Source: a virus (taxonomy: Duplodnaviria; Caudoviricetes). Taken from it: a stretch of 64,000 bases of DNA. A program made the translations under genes and the position numbers. Where the stretch lies: positions 57,625-121,624 of the IMG/VR virus record IMGVR_UViG_2904560550_000001, one strand, 5' to 3'. Shown piece by piece: positions 40,964-50,561 of the stretch; within the stretch, counting starts at the first letter, position 1; each line of letters starts with the position of its first letter. The notes beneath the pieces were generated by a model, which worked only from the letters and a program-made list of their open reading frames with translations, did no database searches and was not told the origin of the DNA.

Positions 40964-41191
40964 GTGGAGTCTGCGGTGAACTATCCAGAAAGCTTAAAAG
41001 AGAAAGCCGAAAAGATTAAAGACGAAGCAAGAAGCGGAAAATTAGACGAGGAAAAAATAAAAGCGATTGCTAAGTCTGCAGTTGAACTTTTAAGATCCGA
41101 AGAGAAGAGCCATACACATTATGCAGAAGTTGTCGGTGCAATTGCTGCAAACCTAGAAGATTTCTTTAAGTCTTATCTAAAAGAGGATTAA
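40964..41191 (+). CDS. Hypothetical phage protein
   Basis: GAGGTGGAG RBS; start may be GTG 40976. Confidence 0.7.
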   Translation: MESAVNYPESLKEKAEKIKDEARSGKLDEEKIKAIAKSAVELLRSEEKSHTHYAEVVGAIAANLEDFFKSYLKED

Positions 41192-41228
41192 TATAACAGG
41201 ATTAAAAGAAAGGATAAAGGGATGTTTA

Positions 41229-41456
41229 TTGAAAAGGTACTATGTTAGATGTAAAGATCACAAAGACGAAAATACGTCTTTAATAATTGAGGCGTTATCA
41301 CCTGAACAGGCAAAAGAACAAGCATATGAAGTACATAAAGTAAGAGATATTTATAATGTGAGTCTGGGAGAAGAAAAGTCAAGGAATTATCTTGAACGAA
41401 AATATGCTCCATACATAAAAAATAACAACAGCAAGGCGGTAATTATCTTTTCATAA
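41229..41456 (+). CDS. Hypothetical phage protein
   Basis: ORF with RBS. Confidence 0.7.
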   Translation: MKRYYVRCKDHKDENTSLIIEALSPEQAKEQAYEVHKVRDIYNVSLGEEKSRNYLERKYAPYIKNNNSKAVIIFS

Positions 41457-41468
41457 GGGAGGACGTCC

Positions 41469-41666
41469 GTGCGCATATCTGATCCAATAAAAGAAACACT
41501 TGTGCAAAATATAGATCAACTTAGTAGCAGAGTTGATGAGTTGTTCATTTATCTTGAAAATGAGTTGCCTTCAACATCTGAAAGACAATGGAAAACTATA
41601 GACAAAAAATTCGGTGAGATTTTTACTAAATCTAAGGAATTACAAAATTACATAAGTTGTTTATAA
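41469..41666 (+). CDS. Hypothetical phage protein
   Basis: GGGAGG RBS. Confidence 0.7.
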   Translation: MRISDPIKETLVQNIDQLSSRVDELFIYLENELPSTSERQWKTIDKKFGEIFTKSKELQNYISCL

Positions 41667-41853
41667 AGGTGAGCAATATCCCCTTGATATAAGGACATCT
41701 GTGTTACTTAATATTCAAAATCATCAGTATTTCTTAACAATTATTTATATGATTGGTAGCATTTATTAAAGAAAGAAGGTGATTTATGAGATTGTTTGTT
41801 TGATAAGTATTGGTGCCAGATGCGAATTATATTTTTACAAAGGGGATATTTTA

Positions 41854-42612
41854 ATGAACAATTTTTATCGAACGATCTTAGCACTAGTTGCCGTATTTGT
41901 CCTGGCCTTTTCAACATTTCCTCCGAACAGTGATGCAAAGAGCACAATCTCAACAGATAATGTCGACAAGGATAAAGTAAAATCAGAGGCAGAATTTATT
42001 GCAGATCACACTATTGATGTGAGTAAAAAGACTAAGGAAAAACTTCTATCCAAGGCAGAAAAAGCAATTGAAGATGGAGACATTAAGTATCATAAATCAA
42101 ACGAAAAGGTATTTGATAATGCATCAGTTAGAGCTATTAAGTATGATGATGGTACAGTAACTTATTCAGTTTCTTATTTATACGTGGACACTGAAAAAGT
42201 AGACAGAGTTAGCTCATTTAATGTTTCGTTTGATAGCGATATGAATATTGAAGAATACTATGAAGTTGACATGAAGAAAATCAGCAGCACTCAAAACGAA
42301 ATGAATTATTGGGTTAATGGTGTTAAGGATGAGGACAAGTCTGGGGTCTTTGAAACAAAACAAACTTCAGAGGACAAAGGAAGTACATCTAACATGATGA
42401 GTGCTCAGAAGAGTTGGACTGGATGCGTATCAGATTGCTTAGGTGATAAGAATATTAGCCAATGGGCAATTACCGGTTTAGCTATTTTATGTGGAGTTTC
42501 ATGCACAGCTGGTGTTCCAGCAACAGCAGGGACTGCTTGCTATGCTTGTGTAAATTCTGCTGGTATTATTGGTGTAAATGCATTCTTTGATTGTATGGAG
42601 AAGTGTAAATGA
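41854..42612 (+). CDS. Secreted precursor with C-terminal Cys-rich hydrophobic domain (halocin C8-like bacteriocin)
   Basis: Signal peptide; last 66 aa contain 8 Cys in paired pattern. Confidence 0.65.
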   Translation: MNNFYRTILALVAVFVLAFSTFPPNSDAKSTISTDNVDKDKVKSEAEFIADHTIDVSKKTKEKLLSKAEKAIEDGDIKYHKSNEKVFDNASVRAIKYDDGTVTYSVSYLYVDTEKVDRVSSFNVSFDSDMNIEEYYEVDMKKISSTQNEMNYWVNGVKDEDKSGVFETKQTSEDKGSTSNMMSAQKSWTGCVSDCLGDKNISQWAITGLAILCGVSCTAGVPATAGTACYACVNSAGIIGVNAFFDCMEKCK

Positions 42613-42773
42613 TCAATATCTTAAGTAAAATACTATTTATTTTGTCTGGTTGCGCTTTGTTGATCTTTGGGATAATTTTAAAGGATGGATCAATGGCTTT
42701 TGGATTGTTTGCCTTATTCTTCATAGCGGCAATAATTGTTCGTGTATTTCATAAACGAACTCAAAACCATTAG
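42609..42773 (+). CDS. 54-aa two-transmembrane protein, candidate immunity protein (not in ORF track)
   Basis: ATGA overlap; MINILSKILFILSGCALLIFGIILKDGSMAFGLFALFFIAAIIVRVFHKRTQNH. Confidence 0.65.
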   Translation: MINILSKILFILSGCALLIFGIILKDGSMAFGLFALFFIAAIIVRVFHKRTQNH

Positions 42774-42791
42774 CAGCAGCCTTATTGTACT

Positions 42792-42819
42792 GTAGGGGAG
42801 GAAACTCTCCTACTTTTTA
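42792..42819 (+). terminator. Intrinsic terminator
   Basis: GTAGGGGAG-GAAA-CTCTCCTAC-TTTTT. Confidence 0.85.
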
Positions 42820-42905
42820 AAAAATATTTAGAATAAAAATAAAATAGTTATTGATTGTTCGGGTGAAAGCGAGTATATTAGAAATATAGGAAGCGAGGTG
42901 ATGCA

Positions 42906-43091
42906 TTGGGGTGTGTTAAATGCAAGGATCACATTGGCGACATCGTTTATTACATAAGAATAGCTGACAACAAAGAATACAAGGAATTCCCGGTACATAA
43001 AGAATGCGGAGAAGCAATTAAGAAAGAATGCATTGAGAATTGCAAAGACATGAAATTAGAAAAGACATTGGATTACTTGCAGTTATTTTAA
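42906..43091 (+). CDS. Small Cys/His protein
   Basis: GAGGTG RBS; promoter TTGATT-17-TATATT at 42851-42879. Confidence 0.7.
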   Translation: MGCVKCKDHIGDIVYYIRIADNKEYKEFPVHKECGEAIKKECIENCKDMKLEKTLDYLQLF

Positions 43092-43137
43092 GAGTAAAAA
43101 TAAAATATTCCTTTTATCGAGAATGGAGAGATGCTAA

Positions 43138-43368
43138 ATGGATAAATTGAAAGTTTGTTTACATAAAAAAGGTGCTCATACGTTAGAAAGAACTGTTAAT
43201 GGGGCCTGGATATTAGATTCAAAACCAATTACTCAGGATCAAGCAATTAAAGAACTAGTTGAAGCGGTTAGTGATTTAGGATATTGGTGCCAAGTAGCAA
43301 AAGATGTTTTAGATAAAGAAGATTTTAATGCAGTTCAAGAAGCGTATGAATACAAAGAGGAGGTATAA
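43138..43368 (+). CDS. Hypothetical phage protein
   Basis: GGAG RBS. Confidence 0.7.
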   Translation: MDKLKVCLHKKGAHTLERTVNGAWILDSKPITQDQAIKELVEAVSDLGYWCQVAKDVLDKEDFNAVQEAYEYKEEV

Positions 43369-43608
43369 ATGGCGAAATCAAGATTAAACGGTTATTGGGA
43401 TAACAAGTTGGATGCCAACGAAACAGTTTATGTTGAGAGGGTTTATAAGAAAGGATATGTAACTGGATTTAAGTATTTACAAGTTGGTGAGAAAGAATAT
43501 GTAACTGGATTTAAGTATTTACAAGTTGGTGAGAAAGAAGTTACTTCACCATTTAGGGCTACATATGAAGAGTTAGAGGGGAATTATAATCAACGGAAAT
43601 ATTCATAA
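43369..43608 (+). CDS. Hypothetical protein with in-frame 14-aa duplication
   Basis: GGAGG RBS. Confidence 0.7.
   Translation: MAKSRLNGYWDNKLDANETVYVERVYKKGYVTGFKYLQVGEKEYVTGFKYLQVGEKEVTSPFRATYEELEGNYNQRKYS
43455..43538. repeat. Perfect 42-bp tandem duplication
   Basis: ATATGTAACTGGATTTAAGTATTTACAAGTTGGTGAGAAAGA twice. Confidence 0.97.
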
Positions 43609-43665
43609 TTTCCCGGGCAAGCGCAGTATACGACAAATCAAAACAAATAATGAGGGGTGAGGGGT

Positions 43666-44136
43666 ATGCAAACCTTAAATGCACCGATTTATGAAGTTAA
43701 ACAGGAGAGCGACTGGTATAAAGCAGAGAAGAAACGAAAAGAGGGCATTAACAACTTCTTCGACAAGTTTGAAGAAAAGTATGGCGTCGAGGAAGGTTTC
43801 TCGTTTTATCACTCTGAATATTTCGGAGTCTATGAAGGAACTGAAGCGTATGAAGTATTTAAAAATGACATTGTTAAAAATCCAAAAGACGGTTTTTACG
43901 CTTTCAAAAAACGATCTAAGCATTTTAACGAGATAAAATCTATGATTGAGAAAATTGAAAAGGTAAGTCCTTTCAAGTCTCATGATGAACTTGGTTTAAA
44001 TAACATGACTGGTCGTCAGTGGATAGACGACAGGTGGTTCTTTGGAGTTAAAAGTGAACAATTTGTCAAAGGAGACAATGTGGTTGCTATTGACTATAAG
44101 GATTATCTAAAAATTGTAATGGAGCATTTAGATTAA
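43666..44136 (+). CDS. Hypothetical phage protein
   Basis: G-rich RBS. Confidence 0.75.
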   Translation: MQTLNAPIYEVKQESDWYKAEKKRKEGINNFFDKFEEKYGVEEGFSFYHSEYFGVYEGTEAYEVFKNDIVKNPKDGFYAFKKRSKHFNEIKSMIEKIEKVSPFKSHDELGLNNMTGRQWIDDRWFFGVKSEQFVKGDNVVAIDYKDYLKIVMEHLD

Positions 44137-44174
44137 AATTCAATTTTTAAAGAGACTTATAAGGAGGCGAATAA

Positions 44175-44570
44175 GTGGGACGCCATAAAGCAACGATAGA
44201 AGGATTGGTTATGAAAGAAAGCTATTACGCACATCGTGCACCAGGCACAGTAAGATGGATTGCTCAGCCAGTGTGTAAAGTAATTCGCACTGACCCAATC
44301 TTCGAGGGGCATATAGATATTGAGCCTATAGAAATTGGAGGCAAGGTTTATATCCCCGGACTTAATGAATATGTCATAGTGACTGACAGGCAGCGAAACA
44401 TACATAACGAATGGACATATCAAACAGACAGAGTGATTAAGACAATTGTGGATGAAAGAAGCTTGAAGGAATGCGAAGAACTCAATGAGGAGAAAGCAAA
44501 AAGCAATGGTGATCTTAGACAAAGGCTTATAAAAGTTTCTTGGTGGAAGAGGTTTTGGAATTCTGTGTAG
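44175..44570 (+). CDS. YosD-like protein
   Basis: AAGGAGG RBS; EPIEIGGKVYIPGLNEYV recalled. Confidence 0.7.
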   Translation: MGRHKATIEGLVMKESYYAHRAPGTVRWIAQPVCKVIRTDPIFEGHIDIEPIEIGGKVYIPGLNEYVIVTDRQRNIHNEWTYQTDRVIKTIVDERSLKECEELNEEKAKSNGDLRQRLIKVSWWKRFWNSV

Positions 44571-44648
44571 CAGGTGAGATATAAATGAAGGAGTTGTTTT
44601 TTTAAAAGTCTAAATGAAAATTATATTCATATTAAGAGGTGTATTCCT

Positions 44649-45158
44649 ATGGAATGGTTAGTTAATATATTGCAGTTGAGTGCTGTAGGAGCAATAACAG
44701 CATCGCTGATAAATTGGAATTCAAATAAAGTTAGACAAAGGGATCAGGCAAAGATATATGAAAAGATTGAGAAAATAAAAATTTATGAGAATCAGTCAGC
44801 AACCAAAAAATCGGAACAATTAGAAGAGTTTTGGAATATGTTTTTAGACTGTTTTGATACCAATAATTTAACCGAAGAAGAGCTTTTAAAATTTAATAAA
44901 GATTTCAATAAAAGAATGATGAAGTTAATAATCAACTTAGTTGGTAGCGCTTCTGATTCCACAATTTTAAAATTTAAAGAATACAAAACATTCGATTTTG
45001 ATGGGCAAAATAAAGAAAAACAAATTGAGGCGATACTTTTGTTAGCAGAATTAATAATTGAGTATAGAAAAGATCTTGGGCATAAAGATACCAAGATAAC
45101 ACCAAATGATATTTTACCTCTTTATATAACAGATTGGACTACATTTTCTACAAATTAA
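44649..45158 (+). CDS. Low-GC protein with N-terminal hydrophobic helix
   Basis: GAGGTG RBS. Confidence 0.7.
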   Translation: MEWLVNILQLSAVGAITASLINWNSNKVRQRDQAKIYEKIEKIKIYENQSATKKSEQLEEFWNMFLDCFDTNNLTEEELLKFNKDFNKRMMKLIINLVGSASDSTILKFKEYKTFDFDGQNKEKQIEAILLLAELIIEYRKDLGHKDTKITPNDILPLYITDWTTFSTN

Positions 45159-45196
45159 ATAAAAGGATGATTTTAAAGAGATAAGGGGAGTGAGAA

Positions 45197-45313
45197 ATGA
45201 TATGCAGAGAATGTGGGAACTCAACTGATTCAATGTTTTGCAGCAAGAAGTGCCGAGAATCTTATTTAGACTATCTCAACAGCAGTTCGTCGTTGACCCC
45301 AGAAGACAAATAA
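45197..45313 (+). CDS. 38-aa zinc-finger microprotein (not in ORF track)
   Basis: GGGGAG RBS; CRECG...FCSKKC. Confidence 0.6.
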   Translation: MICRECGNSTDSMFCSKKCRESYLDYLNSSSSLTPEDK

Positions 45314-45333
45314 AGAATAAAGGATGATGAAGA

Positions 45334-45696
45334 CTGGAATACACTAAACATGGAAATTTAGTAGAAGGCTATATAACATTCAATCTTTATTTTGAGACAT
45401 TTGAATACAAAGAAGATAGCTTATTAGAACAAGAAAAATTCACCACAGTTAAAGAGTTATTCAACATGATGCAGCCAGACTATATTGAGGAACTAAAGCA
45501 AGAAAACGGTGCAGATCAGGTTGAGGTTCATGATATTGCGTTTAGAGCTAAAGAGGATGACACTGAGGCTTTCATCACAATGTATGACAACTCAGGAAAC
45601 TATCGAATCTCAACAAATCTTGATGTAAGTGGATTGGATAGCGAGTACAAGCAAACATTACAAAGCATTAAAAGCATTGTAGATAAAAAACTCTAA
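45334..45696 (+). CDS. Hypothetical protein, probable CTG start
   Basis: Frame open from AAAGGA-CTG; ORF track gives only 45466-45696. Confidence 0.6.
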   Translation: MEYTKHGNLVEGYITFNLYFETFEYKEDSLLEQEKFTTVKELFNMMQPDYIEELKQENGADQVEVHDIAFRAKEDDTEAFITMYDNSGNYRISTNLDVSGLDSEYKQTLQSIKSIVDKKL

Positions 45697-45713
45697 GAGT
45701 AAAGAAAAGGAAG

Positions 45714-45965
45714 ATGAGGATGAATAAAAAATTCGGATTGTACATTAGGGGAGAACTTGTTAAAACTTATGATGATGCGGTTAAAGCTCACAAAGATGCT
45801 ATTTTTGCTCAAGAAGAAATTGGAGTTCCACATGAGGTGATTCAAATGAATTTACATATGGATGAGGCAATTGAATTCCTCAATAAATATGATAGCAGTT
45901 CAAAAAGCGCACAAGATGCTCAGACTTTGTTAAGAAATTTAAGGGCACTATTCCAACAAAACTAG
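45714..45965 (+). CDS. Hypothetical phage protein
   Basis: ORF with RBS. Confidence 0.7.
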   Translation: MRMNKKFGLYIRGELVKTYDDAVKAHKDAIFAQEEIGVPHEVIQMNLHMDEAIEFLNKYDSSSKSAQDAQTLLRNLRALFQQN

Positions 45966-45999
45966 ATAAAATCACAGTTTCATAGGAAGGGGAAGTAAA

Positions 46000-46149
46000 A
46001 TGAGTGCAGCAAGAAAGTGGAGAGATCTAAGAAGCAAATTAATTGGTTATAAGGCATTCGGTAAATTTAGCGATGTTGTTATTGACCATATTCTCAATGA
46101 TATGAATGAGTTGGACGTAAGACACGAAAAAGATAAAAACAAAAAATAA
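46000..46149 (+). CDS. 49-aa hypothetical protein (not in ORF track)
   Basis: AAGGGGA RBS; MSAARKWRDLRSKL. Confidence 0.6.
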   Translation: MSAARKWRDLRSKLIGYKAFGKFSDVVIDHILNDMNELDVRHEKDKNKK

Positions 46150-46167
46150 AGAAAAGGGAGTTGTGGA

Positions 46168-46518
46168 ATGGGAGCTGCTAAACAGTTATACGTTAAGCGC
46201 AGTCACTTTGTAACCTTGGATGAAGCAAAAGAAAATACGCAAGTACATATGAAGAATGGTGGTTCATACACTGCTTTAAAAGGAGAACTGATTGCGACCA
46301 ATTTAGAAGGGGATCAAATGGTTATCACGCAAGAGCAGAAGGATAACTACGTTCCAGTACCGATGACAGAGCTATCAGACTATGAAGCTCAAATGGCCAA
46401 AGGCTATGCTGAGATGGCTGAGATCAATTTAGAAATGTCTGAAGCATTCCATCATGCTGAAAATGAAGCAGAAACAAGCAACAACAGCTTGGTTAACGGG
46501 GAATATAAAGAATATTGA
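46168..46518 (+). CDS. yosL: YosL, MazE-mimic protein
   Basis: MAKGYAEMAEINL...ENEAE; position upstream of nrdI. Confidence 0.85.
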   Translation: MGAAKQLYVKRSHFVTLDEAKENTQVHMKNGGSYTALKGELIATNLEGDQMVITQEQKDNYVPVPMTELSDYEAQMAKGYAEMAEINLEMSEAFHHAENEAETSNNSLVNGEYKEY

Positions 46519-46910
46519 TTATTACATATGAAAGCAAGACAGGTAACGTGAAAAGGTTTGCTCAAGCATTACAAAGGGAGTTAAACTTCGACATCATTGA
46601 AATTACAGATGACTTAATTGTCGAGGAAGAATTCATACATATTACATATACGATAGGCTTTGGGGAAGTACCTGAAAGGACTTTGCATTTTATTATTAAG
46701 AATAAAAATAAAATAAAAGGAGTTGTTGTGAGTGGTAACAAGGTTTGGGGTGATAACTATGGTTTAGCTGGGGACAAGCTTTCAGCAATGTTCCATGTAC
46801 CATTGTTATTAAAGTTTGAACTAAGTGGAACAAAACAAGACTTGCAGAAGATTAATCGGGAGGTACAACTTATTGACAAACACAATACCAAAGTGGATCA
46901 AGCTCAATAA
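46515..46910 (+). CDS. nrdI: NrdI flavodoxin
   Basis: YESKTGNV, SGNKVWG, FELSGT. Confidence 0.95.
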   Translation: MIITYESKTGNVKRFAQALQRELNFDIIEITDDLIVEEEFIHITYTIGFGEVPERTLHFIIKNKNKIKGVVVSGNKVWGDNYGLAGDKLSAMFHVPLLLKFELSGTKQDLQKINREVQLIDKHNTKVDQAQ

Positions 46911-48972
46911 TGAGATCATGATTCAGAAAGACGGTAAGTTTCAATTTGAGAAGGATAAGGAGGCAGTACACAGTTACTTTGTTGATTACATTAATCAAAA
47001 CACAGTCTTTTTCCATGACTTAAAAGAAAAACTGGATTACCTGATTAAAAACGATTATTACGAAGAAGAATTCTTAAGTAAATACACATTTGAACAGATT
47101 AAATCAATTTATAAAATTGCTTACAGTTACAAATTCAGATTCCCTTCTTTCATGAGTGCCTTTAAGTTCTACAATGACTATGCATTGAAGACAAATGACA
47201 AAACAAAGATTCTGGAAAGATATGAAGATCGCGTTTCAATTGTAGCTTTGTATTGTGCAGATGGTGATTATGAAAAGGCTATTGAGGAAGTACACGTCAT
47301 GATGAAACAAGAGTATCAGCCGGCAACACCTACTTTTCTTAATGCAGGGCGTAAGCGAAGAGGTGAAATGGTAAGCTGTTTCTTGCTTGAAGTGGGAGAC
47401 AGTTTGAATGATATTTCACGGGCGATCGATATCTCCATGCAGCTTTCTAAGCTAGGTGGAGGAGTAGCGCTTAATCTAAACAAATTAAGAGCCAAAGGTG
47501 AAGCGATTAAAGATGTAGAGAATGCGACTAAAGGTGTCGTAGGTGTTATGAAATTATTGGACACTGCTTTTAGATACGCAGACCAAATGGGACAAAGGCA
47601 AGGGTCTGGAGCAGCTTATCTAAGTGTATTCCACCCAGACATTACAGACTTCCTGGATACCAAAAAAATCTCAGCAGATGAAGATGTCCGAGTTAAAACA
47701 CTGTCTATTGGTGTAGTTCTTCCTGATAAATTTATTGAATTGGCAAGAGAAGATAAGGACTTTTACATGTTCTATCCTCATTCAGTTTACAAAGAATACG
47801 GACAAAATCTCGATGAGATGGATATCAATGAAATGTATGATGAGCTTGTTGAAAACCCTAAAGTTAGGAAAGCAAAGGGGAATGCTCGAAAGCTGTTAGA
47901 GCAATTGGCCATTCTTAGGAGCGAATCGGGCTATCCGTATATCATGTTTGCTGACAACGTAAACAAAGTGCATCCAAATGAACATATTTCAAAAGTGAAG
48001 TTTTCCAACCTCTGCAGCGAGGTACTCCAATCATCTGAAGTATCAATTTATACAGATTACGATCAGGAAGATGAAATTGGATTAGATATCTCATGTAATC
48101 TTGGATCCATGAACATTGTAAATGTAATGAGTAACCAATCAATTGCTTCAACGGTCAGAATAGCAATTGACTCCCTGACAACTGTCACAAGGAAAACAAA
48201 CATTGTAAATGCCCCAGCTGTTGCGAGAGCAAATTCACTAATGCGATCAATTGGTCTAGGGCAGATGAACCTGCACGGTTTTCTAGCTCAAAATAAAATT
48301 GCTTATGAAAGTGAAGAAGCTAAGGATTTTGCAAATACATACTTTATGATGGTTAACTTTTACTCCCTGCAGCGTTCAATGGAAATTGCAAGAGAAACAG
48401 GGGAGACGTACTACAAGTTTGATGGATCGACCTACAAATCAGGCGAGTATTTTGATAAGTACGTGACAAATGATTATAGCCCTAAATATGAAAAGGTTAA
48501 AAGCCTGTTTGGAGATCAACATATTCCTAACATTGAAGATTGGGGCAAGCTTAAAGATGATGTAATGAAATATGGTTTGCATCATTCGTATAGGCAAGCT
48601 GTTGCACCTACAGGTAGTATCTCATATGTTCAATCATCTACGGCCGGTGTAATGCCTATTATGGAGAGAATTGAGGAACGTACATACGGAAACAGTAAGA
48701 CATATTATCCAATGCCAGGTTTATCGGCTCAGAATTGGTTCTTCTATAAGGAAGCGTACGACATGGATATGTTTAAGGTAGTTGATCTAATTGCAACTAT
48801 TCAGCAGCACGTCGATCAAGGCATTTCGTTTACGCTGTTCTTGAAGGATACGATGACGACAAGAGATTTAAACCGGATTGACTTATATGCGCATTACAAA
48901 GGAATTAAGACGCTGTATTATGCGCGAACAAAGGATACTGGGCAGGATAGTTGCTTGTCATGTGTTGTTTAA
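46873..48972 (+). CDS. nrdE: Class Ib ribonucleotide reductase alpha subunit, uninterrupted
   Basis: PATPTFLN, SCFL, SNLCSE, APTGSIS, TLYY, C-terminal CLSC. Confidence 0.97.
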   Translation: MTNTIPKWIKLNNEIMIQKDGKFQFEKDKEAVHSYFVDYINQNTVFFHDLKEKLDYLIKNDYYEEEFLSKYTFEQIKSIYKIAYSYKFRFPSFMSAFKFYNDYALKTNDKTKILERYEDRVSIVALYCADGDYEKAIEEVHVMMKQEYQPATPTFLNAGRKRRGEMVSCFLLEVGDSLNDISRAIDISMQLSKLGGGVALNLNKLRAKGEAIKDVENATKGVVGVMKLLDTAFRYADQMGQRQGSGAAYLSVFHPDITDFLDTKKISADEDVRVKTLSIGVVLPDKFIELAREDKDFYMFYPHSVYKEYGQNLDEMDINEMYDELVENPKVRKAKGNARKLLEQLAILRSESGYPYIMFADNVNKVHPNEHISKVKFSNLCSEVLQSSEVSIYTDYDQEDEIGLDISCNLGSMNIVNVMSNQSIASTVRIAIDSLTTVTRKTNIVNAPAVARANSLMRSIGLGQMNLHGFLAQNKIAYESEEAKDFANTYFMMVNFYSLQRSMEIARETGETYYKFDGSTYKSGEYFDKYVTNDYSPKYEKVKSLFGDQHIPNIEDWGKLKDDVMKYGLHHSYRQAVAPTGSISYVQSSTAGVMPIMERIEERTYGNSKTYYPMPGLSAQNWFFYKEAYDMDMFKVVDLIATIQQHVDQGISFTLFLKDTMTTRDLNRIDLYAHYKGIKTLYYARTKDTGQDSCLSCVV

Positions 48973-49023
48973 ACAAATAAAGGAGTCAGCATATGTAACT
49001 CTGTCTGACTCCTGGGTTTTTAA

Positions 49024-49458
49024 TTAAAGTCCTCTTGCTTTAACAAAAGCCTTGATATCTTCACCATCATCATTTGTTACGCGGACTTTATACGTACCTT
49101 CAATATCTTTTACGTAAAAGGTTGATTCTGTGGACTTTCCTGGTTTCACTGTTAAACCGTCTGCTATTCTCTTACCGTCAGGGTTCGTAATTCTGTACTC
49201 AAAGGGGTACTTCCCATCATTTGCAATGTAAATTCTGATTTGATCGTCTTCACTTCCATAATAATCGAAATAAAGAGTTCCTTTAGCTGAAAATATACCA
49301 GTTTCACAAATTAGAGTGCCACCGCCTTTACACCTATCATCTGCTAAAGGATTTATGACTTTCACAGGATTTTGAAGCGGCTTAGCTGAAGCAGCAGTAC
49401 TACCAATAGTAGGTATTAGCCCTAAAACTAAAGCACCAATAATCAGTTTCTTTTTCAT
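49024..49458 (-). CDS. Secreted hypothetical protein between nrdE and nrdF
   Basis: Signal peptide ending ASA; GGGAGG RBS; hairpin at about 48980-49013. Confidence 0.8.
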   Translation of the reverse strand: MKKKLIIGALVLGLIPTIGSTAASAKPLQNPVKVINPLADDRCKGGGTLICETGIFSAKGTLYFDYYGSEDDQIRIYIANDGKYPFEYRITNPDGKRIADGLTVKPGKSTESTFYVKDIEGTYKVRVTNDDGEDIKAFVKARGL

Positions 49459-49574
49459 TTTTTATTCCTCCCTTAATAGTGAATATGTTGCATTATAAGA
49501 CTTACAACATTTATAAAATATTTCCTTCATTTTACAAGTGTTAAGGGAGGAAATATATCTAGGAGGTCACATTT

Positions 49575-50561
49575 TTGTCACAACTAAAGAAAAACAAGCA
49601 GTATACTGCAGCAAACTGGTCAAAGCATGAAGATGATTTCACCCAAATGTTTTACAACCAAAACGTAAAGCAGTTTTGGCTTCCGGAAGAGATCGCATTA
49701 AACGGCGATCTTCTCACTTGGAAGTATTTGGGTAAAAATGAGCAAGACACTTATATGAAAGTTTTAGCCGGCCTGACACTGCTTGATACAGAGCAGGGGA
49801 ACACTGGCATGCCGATTGTGGCCGAGCACGTCGAAGGCCATCAAAGAAAAGCAGTATTAAACTTTATGGCCATGATGGAAAATGCTGTCCATGCGAAATC
49901 TTACAGCAACATCTTTCTTACATTAGCTCCAACAGAGCAGATCAACGAAGTGTTTGAATGGGTTAAAAACAATAAATTTCTTCAAAAGAAAGCAAGAACA
50001 ATTGTTTCAATTTATGAAGCAGTTCAGAAAAACGATGATATTTCCTTATTCAAAGCGATGGTTGCGTCTGTGTTTCTGGAGAGTTTCCTTTTCTATTCAG
50101 GGTTTTATTATCCACTTTACTTTTATGGACAAGGGAAGCTCATGCAGAGCGGGGAAATTGTAAATTTAATTATCCGTGACGAGGCGATACACGGCGTTTA
50201 TGTCGGATTGTTAGCACAGGAGATATATAAGAAACAAACTCTTCAGAAGCAAAAAGAACTGTATGGATGGGCTTTAAGCTTTCTACAGGAGCTTTATGAA
50301 AATGAATTGGAGTATACAGAAGATGTTTATGATCAGGTTGGTTTAGCTCCAGATGTAAAGAAATTCATCAGATACAATGCGAATAAAGCTTTAAACAATC
50401 TGGGATTCGATCATTGGTTTGAAGAAGAGGATGTTAATCCAATCGTTATTAATGGATTGAGTACTAAAACTAAGTCGCATGACTTCTTTTCAATGAAGGG
50501 CGTTGGCTATAAAAAAGCAACAGTAGAATCATTAAGGGACACGGATTTTATATTTGATTAA
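49575..50561 (+). CDS. nrdF: Class Ib ribonucleotide reductase beta subunit, uninterrupted
   Basis: [29 protein letters not shown]. Confidence 0.97.
   Translation: MSQLKKNKQYTAANWSKHEDDFTQMFYNQNVKQFWLPEEIALNGDLLTWKYLGKNEQDTYMKVLAGLTLLDTEQGNTGMPIVAEHVEGHQRKAVLNFMAMMENAVHAKSYSNIFLTLAPTEQINEVFEWVKNNKFLQKKARTIVSIYEAVQKNDDISLFKAMVASVFLESFLFYSGFYYPLYFYGQGKLMQSGEIVNLIIRDEAIHGVYVGLLAQEIYKKQTLQKQKELYGWALSFLQELYENELEYTEDVYDQVGLAPDVKKFIRYNANKALNNLGFDHWFEEEDVNPIVINGLSTKTKSHDFFSMKGVGYKKATVESLRDTDFIFD

Noticed and set aside
46873-50561. Group I introns or intein in nrdE/nrdF
   Set aside because: Both frames are continuous and of normal length.
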